From positions 1-31,076 of IMG/VR virus record IMGVR_UViG_3300020042_009361: a stretch of DNA of 31,076 bases. One strand, given 5' to 3'. This document shows, piece after piece, positions 7,100 to 15,148 of the stretch. The position numbers were made by a program, and so were the translations under genes. Source of the stretch: a virus. Taxonomy: Duplodnaviria > Caudoviricetes. Positions within the stretch are counted from its first letter, which is position 1, and every line of letters starts with the position of its first letter. The notes beneath the pieces were generated by a model that saw only the letters and a list, made by a program, of their open reading frames with translations, made no database searches and had not been told where the DNA came from.

Positions 7100-7903
7100 A
7101 TGCCACTAGATTTAAACAACAACACGTTCTTAACTTCTCCTGAAATTAAGGAAAAAGCAAGTTCAATTTTCACAACTACAAGTGCCCCAGGCACTAGTCA
7201 GAAGTATTCACACATCTCAACTAAACAAATCATTGATGATATGGAAGAATTAGGATGGGGTGTAGTAGATGCTAAACAAGTACGCGCCCGTAAAGGTGAA
7301 GGTTTTCAAAAACACTTAGTAGTATTCCGTAATAATGATTTATTCATTGAGGGTGCTGATGGTGATAATGTTTTTCCACAAATTCTATTAACTAATAGTC
7401 ATGATGGTAAAAATGCATTTACATTCACAGCTGGTTTGTTCCGAATGATTTGTGAGAATGGTTTAGTAATTTCAACTCAAGAGTTTGAAAATATGAAAAT
7501 TCGTCACTACGGATATGATTTTAATGAATTACAAACTGTTATTAATACAATGGTGGAAGCATTACCGTTGGCAGTTGAGTCAATGAATAAATTTAAACAA
7601 ACACAATTAGCTCAAGAACAGATTTTAGAGTTTGCTCGTAAAGCAGTTCAAGTACGTTTTGGAGAAGAACAAGCACAAAACATCGCAATTGATTATAACG
7701 CCTTAACTACAGCCACTAGACCTGAAGATCGTGGTACTGATTTATGGAGTGTGTTTAATGTGATTCAAGAAAAAATTACTCAAGGAATGTTTGAATACCA
7801 ATCAGGAGCTAAAGTAAGAAAAGCTCGTAAGATTAAGAACTTCAAACAAGATTTAGATTTAAATGCTAAATTGTATGAGTTAGCAGCTGAGTTTGCTGCC
7901 TAA
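7100..7903 (+). CDS. DUF932/DUF945-family phage/plasmid protein
   Basis: LLTNSHDG, GLFRMICENGL, R-x-ED..LWSVFNVIQE motifs. Confidence 0.85.
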   Translation: MPLDLNNNTFLTSPEIKEKASSIFTTTSAPGTSQKYSHISTKQIIDDMEELGWGVVDAKQVRARKGEGFQKHLVVFRNNDLFIEGADGDNVFPQILLTNSHDGKNAFTFTAGLFRMICENGLVISTQEFENMKIRHYGYDFNELQTVINTMVEALPLAVESMNKFKQTQLAQEQILEFARKAVQVRFGEEQAQNIAIDYNALTTATRPEDRGTDLWSVFNVIQEKITQGMFEYQSGAKVRKARKIKNFKQDLDLNAKLYELAAEFAA

Positions 7904-7924
7904 TTAGTTTAAGGTTGATTATTA

Positions 7925-7950
7925 AGAAGGGAGCGAAAGCTCCTTTCTCT
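7925..7950 (+). terminator. Intrinsic terminator
   Basis: AGAAGGGAGC-gaaa-GCTCCTTTCT with GNRA loop. Confidence 0.75.
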
Positions 7951-7978
7951 GTTGTATTTATAATAAACATTATATATT

Positions 7979-8227
7979 ATGGGAAAAAAAGGAAAGTTAA
8001 TTGATATAATTAAAAGCATTATTGTTGAGAATAGAGGAACAGTTTCTTTAGAGAATGATAAAAATGAATTTAAATTAAGTACTTATAGAATAATTAGAAG
8101 TTTAGATGATTATAATATAGCTATGAGAAATGGAGATTATAAAAAAATGAGTGAGGAACTAGATGTACTTAGATTCCAATTAAGAAAATTAAAAGAGACT
8201 ATAAATTTACTTGAGAAAAAAATATAA
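7979..8227 (+). CDS. Hypothetical coiled-coil protein (82 aa), late motif upstream
   Basis: TATTTATA 7955-7962; N-terminal KLIDIIKSIIVE. Confidence 0.7.
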   Translation: MGKKGKLIDIIKSIIVENRGTVSLENDKNEFKLSTYRIIRSLDDYNIAMRNGDYKKMSEELDVLRFQLRKLKETINLLEKKI

Positions 8228-8249
8228 TATTTATATCAAAACACACATT

Positions 8250-8537
8250 ATGAAAAAATTCTTTAAAGATTTATTATCAGGATCTTCTGATACTTCAAGT
8301 AAGCGTTTCGCTTCAATTTTAGCTCTATTTGTTGTTATATCTCTAGCGTACATAGCTACTTATAAGAATGAGGAACACATCACACCCGAATTCATGTTCG
8401 ATTCAATCGCGTTAATTGCTGGTGGTGGATTAGGTTTAACTGTTATAGAAAACGTTGTTAAGATGAAACAGCAAGCCAAGAATAACACGCCAAATCCCAC
8501 GGATACCCCACCTACTAACCCGAATGAGCAATTATAA
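8250..8537 (+). CDS. Two-TM membrane protein, holin-like
   Basis: ATG 8250 after TATTTATA 8228-8235; SSKR followed by two hydrophobic helices and hydrophilic tail. Confidence 0.55.
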   Translation: MKKFFKDLLSGSSDTSSKRFASILALFVVISLAYIATYKNEEHITPEFMFDSIALIAGGGLGLTVIENVVKMKQQAKNNTPNPTDTPPTNPNEQL

Positions 8538-8560
8538 CGATAAAATATAAGTAGTCGTTT

Positions 8561-8587
8561 AAAGCCGGGTTAAGCCCGGCTTTTTTT
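8561..8587 (+). terminator. Intrinsic terminator
   Basis: GCCGGG-ttaag-CCCGGC followed by T7. Confidence 0.9.
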
Positions 8588-8598
8588 ATCAATAAGAG

Positions 8599-8628
8599 TT
8601 TGGCTTCTTAATGGATATATACTATATT
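8599..8628 (+). promoter_or_regulatory. Promoter of tRNA operon
   Basis: TTTGGC 8599-8604, TATATT 8623-8628, 8 nt before first RNA. Confidence 0.75.
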
Positions 8629-8636
8629 CATCATAT

Positions 8637-8777
8637 GCTCAAGTGGCGAAAGGATCAGGAGGCCCTGGTCGATGGTAGACGCGACGTATGGTTATAACAA
8701 CGTGAGTAAAAAATTATCTGAACAAGATAAGGTCATTATAATGGCAGCTCGTGCAGGTTCAACTCCTGCCTTGAGTA
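8637..8777 (+). ncRNA. Enlarged (141 nt) tRNA-like RNA with Leu-type body
   Basis: Acceptor GCTCAAG/CTTGAGT, discriminator A, D arm GCG..TGGTAGACGC, T arm GCAGG-TTCAACT-CCTGC; extra hairpins in D loop and variable region. Confidence 0.7.
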
Positions 8778-8782
8778 CAAAA

Positions 8783-8853
8783 GGTCCTGTAGCCGAGTGG
8801 TTAGGTGGGGCTCTGCAAAAGCTCATACAGCGGTTCGATTCCGTTCGGGACCT
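8783..8853 (+). tRNA. trnC: tRNA-Cys(GCA)
   Basis: GGTCCTG/CGGGACC acceptor, GGGCT-CTGCAAA-AGCTC anticodon arm, TTCGATT loop, U73. Confidence 0.92.
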
Positions 8854-8859
8854 CAAATA

Positions 8860-8933
8860 GCGCCCTTAGCTCATTTGGTTAGAGCAACTGACTCATAATC
8901 AGTAGGTACCTGGTTCGATCCCAGGAGGGCGCA
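8860..8933 (+). tRNA. tRNA with CAT anticodon, probably Ile2 (lysidine) rather than Met
   Basis: GCGCCCT/AGGGCGC acceptor with C4-G69, C5-G68; ACTGA-CTCATAA-TCAGT; paired 1-72 and no GGG/CCC anticodon stem so not fMet. Confidence 0.88.
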
Positions 8934-8934
8934 C

Positions 8935-9355
8935 AATTGTGGATGTGTTCTTTGACATAATAATAAGGAGAAAATAAATATGGAAACAATGTATTTCGTT
9001 TTAGGTATGCTCTCGATTGTTGGAGCTACTTTTGTAGCCACAACTGTTTGGGGTATAGTTAAGATTACTAAACTGTTAAAAGTAATTAAAGAACAAGAAC
9101 AACAAAGTAAGAATATTGAACGTGATGGGTGGGAAAATTTAAATCATCTACGCCAAGATTTGGATCGTAGATTAGATGAAATAGGACGCCATTCCGATCA
9201 TCAGGTCACTGAGTTGCAGCGTGAATTAGATATTAAATTTAATAACACTGTGTCTTATGTAGACTCAAGAATTGATAAAATGTCTGCTACATTAAAAGAG
9301 CAAAAACAATTAATTAAAGGATAAATTTAAACCTGTCAATAACACATCCACAATT
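8935..9355. repeat. Inverted repeat pair (8935-8957 / 9334-9355) enclosing one ORF
   Basis: AATTGTGGATGTGTT-ct-TTGACA vs TGTCAA-t-AACACATCCACAATT. Confidence 0.85.
8980..9324 (+). CDS. N-terminal TM anchor + coiled-coil protein (114 aa)
   Basis: Hydrophobic residues ~5-28 then helical charged region; AAGGAG at 8965-8970. Confidence 0.8.
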   Translation: METMYFVLGMLSIVGATFVATTVWGIVKITKLLKVIKEQEQQSKNIERDGWENLNHLRQDLDRRLDEIGRHSDHQVTELQRELDIKFNNTVSYVDSRIDKMSATLKEQKQLIKG

Positions 9356-9362
9356 TTTTATT

Positions 9363-9390
9363 ATAGCGGCCTAAAGCCGCTATTCTCCTG
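9363..9390 (+). terminator. Putative terminator hairpin
   Basis: ATAGCGGC-ctaaa-GCCGCTAT. Confidence 0.65.
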
Positions 9391-9410
9391 TTTAACATAT
9401 ATTTATATAT

Positions 9411-9822
9411 ATGAATATTGATGATATCTTTAACTTATTTAAGTCCCCTGGAGAGGAAAATGAGACTACTACTCAAGTAGATATGTCAGATCATCCTATT
9501 GTCTGGATGGGAATGTTTAAAAAGTTAATCATAAATTATAAAGTATTTAGTAAACAGATGATAGAATTTTTTGAATCATCTGACCCTAAATTAGAATGAT
9601 GATATTAAATTAGCTGGTGGTATGATGGTATTTACTAGGGCTATGGATCATATTTCTAAAATAGACACTACTAATCAAATGCATCGTGATTGTCTTATAT
9701 TATATTCAGATGAACATTTTTTAAAAGCATTATCATCAGCACTCTCTCACTTTGAAGATTTAGAAGAATATGAGAATTGTGCTCTTCTTAAAAAAATACA
9801 AGACGTAGCAAACCCCTCTTAA
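9411..9822 (+). pseudogene. Probably one frameshifted gene (9411-9599 + ~9595-9822) with C-terminal UVR-like motif
   Basis: +1 frame is open from 9595 (NDDIKLAGGMMVFTRA..) across the TGA at 9597; EDLEEYENCALLKKI resembles the UvrB/C motif. Confidence 0.5.
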
Positions 9823-9828
9823 AAATAG

Positions 9829-9858
9829 CTTGGCCTCGTAAATCCTAATTTGTATTAT
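9829..9858 (+). promoter_or_regulatory. Variant promoter (CTTGGC-N18-TATTAT)
   Basis: Same spacing as repeat family, mismatches in both boxes; heads HD/sigma operon. Confidence 0.45.
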
Positions 9859-9946
9859 ATAGATACGGGTTTTAGGAAACATCTAAAACGTAGGATATAA
9901 AGAACGTGGAATGTGACCACGGGTATATAAAACAAATAATAAACTT

Positions 9947-10129
9947 ATGAAAAACAAAGACAACGTATTACATCAATTAGATAAAATGGATAGCCTTGCT
10001 AACCAACTGAATTTTATTGTTAAACAAGAACAACCTTTAGAAGTGTATTTAGAAGGTATTAATAAATTAAAAGATATCATCGAACAAACTCGTTTATTTG
10101 TTGAATCTGAACAAACAATGTATAATTAA
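9947..10129 (+). CDS. Small helical hypothetical protein (60 aa)
   Basis: ORF with A-rich leader, stop adjacent to next ATG. Confidence 0.75.
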   Translation: MKNKDNVLHQLDKMDSLANQLNFIVKQEQPLEVYLEGINKLKDIIEQTRLFVESEQTMYN

Positions 10130-10130
10130 T

Positions 10131-10901
10131 ATGACTTTAACAGCAGAACAAATCCAACAAAACTGGATAGATTTTGAAGAAACAATTAAATCTTACATCA
10201 GTGAACCTCGTTGCTCACAATTATTAGATTTTTATTCTAAATACTCAGAACGTATTATGTTAATGCCAGCTGCTCATAAGAAAGAATATCATAATGCCTT
10301 CCCAGGTGGTTATGTAGATCACGTATTACGAGTAGTAGATTGCGCTCTTAAATTAAATAACGTTTGGATTGAAATGGGAGTGGACGAGTCTACTTATACT
10401 AAAGAAGAATTAGTATTTGCAGCTCTAAATCATGATTTAGGCAAAATGGGTGATGAACATAATGACGCTTACATTCCTCAGGATGATCAATGGCGTAAAG
10501 ATAAATTAGGTGAAGATTATAAATTTAATGATCGCTTAGAATTTATGTCAGTACCAGATCGTAGTTTACATTTATTACTTTCTCATGGTATTCAAATGTC
10601 TAAAAACGAGTGGTTAACAATTAAATTACATGATGGTTTATATGATGATGCTAACAAGCCATACTTAATGTCTTGGTCACCAGAAACTAAACCTCGTACT
10701 TCATTAATTTATATTGTTCATCAAGCTGATTTAATGGCTGCCCGTATCGAGTTTGAGCGTGAATGGAATCCTAAATTAAAAAGTGAAGTTAAAAAAACAA
10801 ATAACTTCTCAGTTACTAAAGCACCTAAACAAACAATTAAGACAAAAACATTAAGTAATGTTAAGTCTCAAGGCTTAATGGATATGTTAGATAATATATG
10901 A
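10131..10901 (+). CDS. HD-domain phosphohydrolase (YhaM-like HD)
   Basis: YHNAFPGGYVDHVLRV, NHDLGKMG, LHDG, HQAD motifs; start ATG 10131. Confidence 0.85.
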   Translation: MTLTAEQIQQNWIDFEETIKSYISEPRCSQLLDFYSKYSERIMLMPAAHKKEYHNAFPGGYVDHVLRVVDCALKLNNVWIEMGVDESTYTKEELVFAALNHDLGKMGDEHNDAYIPQDDQWRKDKLGEDYKFNDRLEFMSVPDRSLHLLLSHGIQMSKNEWLTIKLHDGLYDDANKPYLMSWSPETKPRTSLIYIVHQADLMAARIEFEREWNPKLKSEVKKTNNFSVTKAPKQTIKTKTLSNVKSQGLMDMLDNI

Positions 10902-11173
10902 TAGTATTAACAATAATATTAGGCTTAATGGTCGTGATCTTAGGATTCACGACCTTTAACCTTCTTAAAAAGAATGAACAACAAGAAGATATCTTAGCAG
11001 GATATATGGAATATTTAAGTAAAATATCTGGAGTAATCGAATTCTCAGATAAAAAACTTAAAGAAGTAGATCGTAAAGGCTCATTTGAGTCAGATGATGA
11101 AGTAGGATTCTTTTTCCAAGAAATAAAGCAAATTCAAGAAACATTGAATGCTTTTAAAATTAAAAATTTATGA
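10898..11173 (+). CDS. Single-TM membrane protein (91 aa)
   Basis: N-terminal hydrophobic helix; FESDDEVGFFF; ATGA coupling on both sides. Confidence 0.8.
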   Translation: MIVLTIILGLMVVILGFTTFNLLKKNEQQEDILAGYMEYLSKISGVIEFSDKKLKEVDRKGSFESDDEVGFFFQEIKQIQETLNAFKIKNL

Positions 11174-11886
11174 TTGAAATACAAGAGGCTAAAAAAAGAA
11201 AACCTAAAGGTGTTCAATATTTTACCCAAGATACAGAAAATGCTATTAATGAATATAATAGTACTACTGACTTTGAGTTAAAAGACAAAATATATCGTGA
11301 GCGTATTCATTACGCTTTCTTTAAATTAACAGAAAATATTATACATACCTTTAAGTTTTACTATACTGAGGTAGATAATATCCAGGATTTACAACATGAA
11401 GTAATAACATTTTTACTTTCTAAGATACATCTATTTAACCCAGCTAGAGGAGCAAAAGCGTTCTCATATTTCGGTACTATTGCTAAACGTTATTTAATTA
11501 TTACTAATACTAAAAATTATAAAAAACGAGTAGACAAAGCACCTATTGAGGAAATTGAATCAAATGAAAATTTTTCTTATAGAATTGATGAAGGATCACC
11601 ACATGATAAATTATCTAATTTTTTAGATGAGTATGTTACTTACTGTACTACTAATATTTATACTTTATTTCCTAAAGAAGCAGATGCTCAAATAGCTGAT
11701 GCTATCCTTGAGTTATTCCGTAAGAGAGAGCATATAGACATCTTTAATAAAAAGGCACTGTATATATATATTCGTGAGATTATTGATGCTAAAACCCCTA
11801 AAATCACTAAGATAGCCGACAAATTATATGGTATATTTAAACAATATTATTATTTCTATTTAGAAAACGGATACACAAATTTCTAA
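11170..11886 (+). CDS. Phage sigma factor, T4 gp55-like (late transcription)
   Basis: Sigma region 2-like DLQHEVITFLLSKIHLFNPARGAKAFSYFGTIAKRYLI; position ahead of structural module. Confidence 0.7.
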   Translation: MIEIQEAKKRKPKGVQYFTQDTENAINEYNSTTDFELKDKIYRERIHYAFFKLTENIIHTFKFYYTEVDNIQDLQHEVITFLLSKIHLFNPARGAKAFSYFGTIAKRYLIITNTKNYKKRVDKAPIEEIESNENFSYRIDEGSPHDKLSNFLDEYVTYCTTNIYTLFPKEADAQIADAILELFRKREHIDIFNKKALYIYIREIIDAKTPKITKIADKLYGIFKQYYYFYLENGYTNF

Positions 11887-11911
11887 TGTTTATATTTATA
11901 AATAAAATATT

Positions 11912-12253
11912 ATGAATGGATTAGACAATGTTGTATTTGGTAAAAAGAAATTTTCTGATATATTAGAGGAAATTTATACTAACCAACAAAAAAAAGATAA
12001 ACAAATATCTATCTTAATATCAGAACTAAAGCCACTTGTACAAGAAATAGGTGACGCTACCCTTATTGTTCCTTTGATTAAAGAATATTTAGAAATAAGT
12101 GTTAAGAATGATGAGCAGTTAATTAAAATGGCTACTATCATCCAACGTATTATGAATAATAGTACTGGCCCAAATGATGGTAGTTTTGGTATTTCTGAAG
12201 AAGAAAAACAACAATTACTAGCAGAATTAGATAAATTTAAAACTGAAGAATAA
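11912..12253 (+). CDS. Hypothetical helical late protein (113 aa)
   Basis: TATTTATA 11893-11900 upstream; TAATG coupling to next gene. Confidence 0.75.
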   Translation: MNGLDNVVFGKKKFSDILEEIYTNQQKKDKQISILISELKPLVQEIGDATLIVPLIKEYLEISVKNDEQLIKMATIIQRIMNNSTGPNDGSFGISEEEKQQLLAELDKFKTEE

Positions 12254-13539
12254 TGGCTACTATTAGATATGGCTCAATAGGTAACATACAAAATAATATT
12301 AGTTCTAATTCTTCTTTCACCCCAGGAATAACTAATAATACAATACCTATTAGGGTAGTTGATATTATTTTAGATAATTCTCACCTTAAATTTAAAGAAT
12401 ATGGTGAGTGGAATAGTATAGGTGTAATATTTTATGAGCATATTAATTTAGCATATAGTGCTATATCTGACACTCCATTATCAAGTTTACCCGCTTATCC
12501 TTTATTTCCTAACATAAAACAATACCCTCTTATAAATGAACTAACTTACTTAATATACCTCCCAGGAAGTGACATAATATCAAATCCTAATTCATCTATC
12601 CCGTATTATTTACCACCAATAAATGTATGGAATAGCCAATACCACAATGCTATTCCCGCTGCATCAGTATTACCCCCAAACCAAAAACAAGATTACCCCC
12701 AAATAGACTCAGGTTCATATAGGCGAGTAACGGATAGTAGCACTGAAATTAATTTAGGAAAAACATTTGATGATAATTTAAGTATTTACCCATTATTACC
12801 ATACGAGGGAGATATAATCTATGAGGGCAGATATGGGAACTCAATTCGTCTAGGATCAACTATAGGTAATTCTGTTATACCTAATGAATGGTCTAATGGA
12901 GCTAATTATGAAAATGGTGACCCTATCACTATTATAAGGAATGGTCAAACTAAGGATGATACTAACGTAGAGAATAATAAGTACTCATGGGTACCTACCT
13001 TAGAAAAAATAAACCAAGATAAATCATCAATTTATTTAACTTCTAACCAACAATTACCATTATTCCCAGCTAGTGTAAATAATTTCTCATTTTCTAAATC
13101 TACCCCACCTACTAATATAGGACAATATGAGGGAAACCAAATCATATTAAATTCAGGTAGATTAGTATTCAATGCAAAATCAGATTCAATACTAGCTTTA
13201 GCCAATAAATCAATACAATTATCATGTAATGAAACTTTAGGTGTAGATGCTAAACAAATTTCATTAACAGCTGATAAAGTTTATTTAGGTTCATCTGAAG
13301 GTATTGAAGGAACTAAAATACAATCTATTGTATTAGGTGAAAATCTAAATTTTGTATTAGGAGATATAGCTGTATTTTTACAAACACTTAATATAGCATT
13401 TAAAACAGCAACTGATAGTAATGGTGCTCCAATTGTATCATTACAATCAATAGCTTGTGATGCTGAAACTTTAAGTAATGATCTTTTAAATATAGTAAAT
13501 GGTAAAAATTTATTATCTAAAATAGTTAAAACTGTATAA
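12253..13539 (+). CDS. Baseplate hub/central spike protein (gp5/VgrG-like)
   Basis: N-terminal OB-like region (QYPLINEL..YYL), GDIIYEGRYGNSIRLG and C-terminal beta-strand repeats; context upstream of gp25/gp6. Confidence 0.6.
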   Translation: MATIRYGSIGNIQNNISSNSSFTPGITNNTIPIRVVDIILDNSHLKFKEYGEWNSIGVIFYEHINLAYSAISDTPLSSLPAYPLFPNIKQYPLINELTYLIYLPGSDIISNPNSSIPYYLPPINVWNSQYHNAIPAASVLPPNQKQDYPQIDSGSYRRVTDSSTEINLGKTFDDNLSIYPLLPYEGDIIYEGRYGNSIRLGSTIGNSVIPNEWSNGANYENGDPITIIRNGQTKDDTNVENNKYSWVPTLEKINQDKSSIYLTSNQQLPLFPASVNNFSFSKSTPPTNIGQYEGNQIILNSGRLVFNAKSDSILALANKSIQLSCNETLGVDAKQISLTADKVYLGSSEGIEGTKIQSIVLGENLNFVLGDIAVFLQTLNIAFKTATDSNGAPIVSLQSIACDAETLSNDLLNIVNGKNLLSKIVKTV

Positions 13540-13541
13540 TT

Positions 13542-14759
13542 ATGGCTTTATTTAGTGGAACAGTATTTACTGACAATGGAGAAAAATTAGCTAACGCTAC
13601 AGTTACTTTAACATCTCCTAATCTTACTACAAAAACAATTACAACTGATGCTAATGGAAATTGGTCTATTGATGTAAAAGAAAGTATTGATCCTAAAACA
13701 GCTACTGTTACTGTCTCTAAAGGTGGATATGACCTTAAATCAATCCCTAACCCTCAACCTACAGGAGAATACACACCACCACCACCCCAAATTAACCCAT
13801 TAACAGGAGGTACATTAAGTTTAACTGGTGGATTTAAAGGTGGGAAATATTTAATTTCTTCATTAAGTGAAGTAGATAAAAGTGCTTTAGACCAAGAGTT
13901 AAATAATTTAGCTTTATTTATTGAAAATAATCCTGGTAATTATACTGTTACTATAGTATCATCCGAGTCAAGATTAACTAATTATGATCGAGAAGAATCA
14001 AGTCCAACTAATAACAAACCAGTACCTGAAAAATGGTTATCCACTAAAAGACAAGATAATTTAGAAAAATATATTTTAGATTATTTAAATACAAATGGGA
14101 CACCATCACCTAGTATCATTAAATCACCTCTATTAGTACAAGGCCCAGCTAATGGAGCATTCCCTCCTTCCTCTCCTGAATATACAAAATATCAATATAT
14201 TGAACTAGAAGCTAAATTAATCCGCCCTAGATGTTCATGGGTAGAAGTTACAGGTAGTTTAAGAGGAGACAAATTATTAACTAAACCATCAGAATATATA
14301 ACTCGAATAACAATAGACGCAGCTATAGCCCCTGATAGATTTGGATTAAATGGATTCTATAAAGATTATTATTCACAAACCCCCACAGCTCCTGGAACAT
14401 TAGAATCATGGCAATTTATAGCTTATATAGGTTCTATACTTGGAAGAGGAGCAGGCGCTGTTCAATTTCCTATTGATAGAACATTATTAAAAAATAATTT
14501 ACTAGCAGATTATGATTTAGTACCTACTATAAAAGATAATATAATCAAATACGCTACTGATAAAAAAATTTATGATAATAATAAAGAAAAATTAATTGAT
14601 AATGTGATAACTAAAGCTGGGGCATTTGGTAAAAAAGTAGTCCGTGAAGAAACAGTATTTAACATCTCAAGAATACGTAATGGGGACACCTTTACTATAA
14701 ATGCTGAGAATTCATTATACGTAGGTGGCTCAGCTTGGAAATATAAAATGTGTGATTAA
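13542..14759 (+). CDS. Structural protein: Ig/carboxypeptidase-regulatory-like N-domain plus OmpA-C-like domain
   Basis: GTV..GEKLANATVTL..TTDANGNWSI..VSKGGY; VTIVSSES..LSTKRQDNLEKYI. Confidence 0.6.
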   Translation: MALFSGTVFTDNGEKLANATVTLTSPNLTTKTITTDANGNWSIDVKESIDPKTATVTVSKGGYDLKSIPNPQPTGEYTPPPPQINPLTGGTLSLTGGFKGGKYLISSLSEVDKSALDQELNNLALFIENNPGNYTVTIVSSESRLTNYDREESSPTNNKPVPEKWLSTKRQDNLEKYILDYLNTNGTPSPSIIKSPLLVQGPANGAFPPSSPEYTKYQYIELEAKLIRPRCSWVEVTGSLRGDKLLTKPSEYITRITIDAAIAPDRFGLNGFYKDYYSQTPTAPGTLESWQFIAYIGSILGRGAGAVQFPIDRTLLKNNLLADYDLVPTIKDNIIKYATDKKIYDNNKEKLIDNVITKAGAFGKKVVREETVFNISRIRNGDTFTINAENSLYVGGSAWKYKMCD

Positions 14760-15055
14760 TGACCAAACTTTAACTCAGCGTCACACATACTATACCATGT
14801 TTCATATTTATCTCCTTCAAACATAATTGCTATGGCACCAAATACCCAATTCTCTTCATTTAAATTAACTATCTGAATACTACTAGCTTTATAATAAGCT
14901 CCAAGACGAATTGTAAACTCTTCCCATTGGCAACACCCAACTAATGTATCCATTCCTAATTTTACTCCATAATCAACATTACATGGATTTTTCTGAGAAT
15001 ATAGATTTGAATATAATCCAAAAACTAAAAATACACTTGTGATCAATTTTTTCAT
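14756..15055 (-). CDS. Secreted Cys-containing protein with Sec signal peptide (99 aa)
   Basis: MKKLITSVFLVFGLYSNLYS-Q; own promoter at 15076-15105 on minus strand. Confidence 0.8.
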   Translation of the reverse strand: MKKLITSVFLVFGLYSNLYSQKNPCNVDYGVKLGMDTLVGCCQWEEFTIRLGAYYKASSIQIVNLNEENWVFGAIAIMFEGDKYETWYSMCDAELKFGH

Positions 15056-15075
15056 AGTATCTTAATTTATACCTA

Positions 15076-15105
15076 AATATAATAAATATAACTTGGGAAG
15101 CCAAA
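15076..15105 (-). promoter_or_regulatory. Early-type promoter on minus strand
   Basis: Reverse complement reads TTTGGC-N18-TATATTTAGGTATAAATTAA. Confidence 0.8.
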
Positions 15106-15148
15106 CATAATTTCGTATTTTTCGCATATTTATTGTAAATAACCAAAC

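Noticed and set aside
8637-8777. tmRNA or group I intron-containing tRNA-Leu
   Set aside because: No G3-U70 Ala acceptor or tag ORF; extra sequence is only ~55 nt, spread over several arms, with no group I core
8672-8860. 62 aa ORF from the track
   Set aside because: Overlaps the tRNA-like RNA and tRNA-Cys; no leader
8952-8980. TTGACA as a sigma70 -35 box
   Set aside because: No TATAAT-like box at 16-18 nt; better explained as part of the inverted repeat arm
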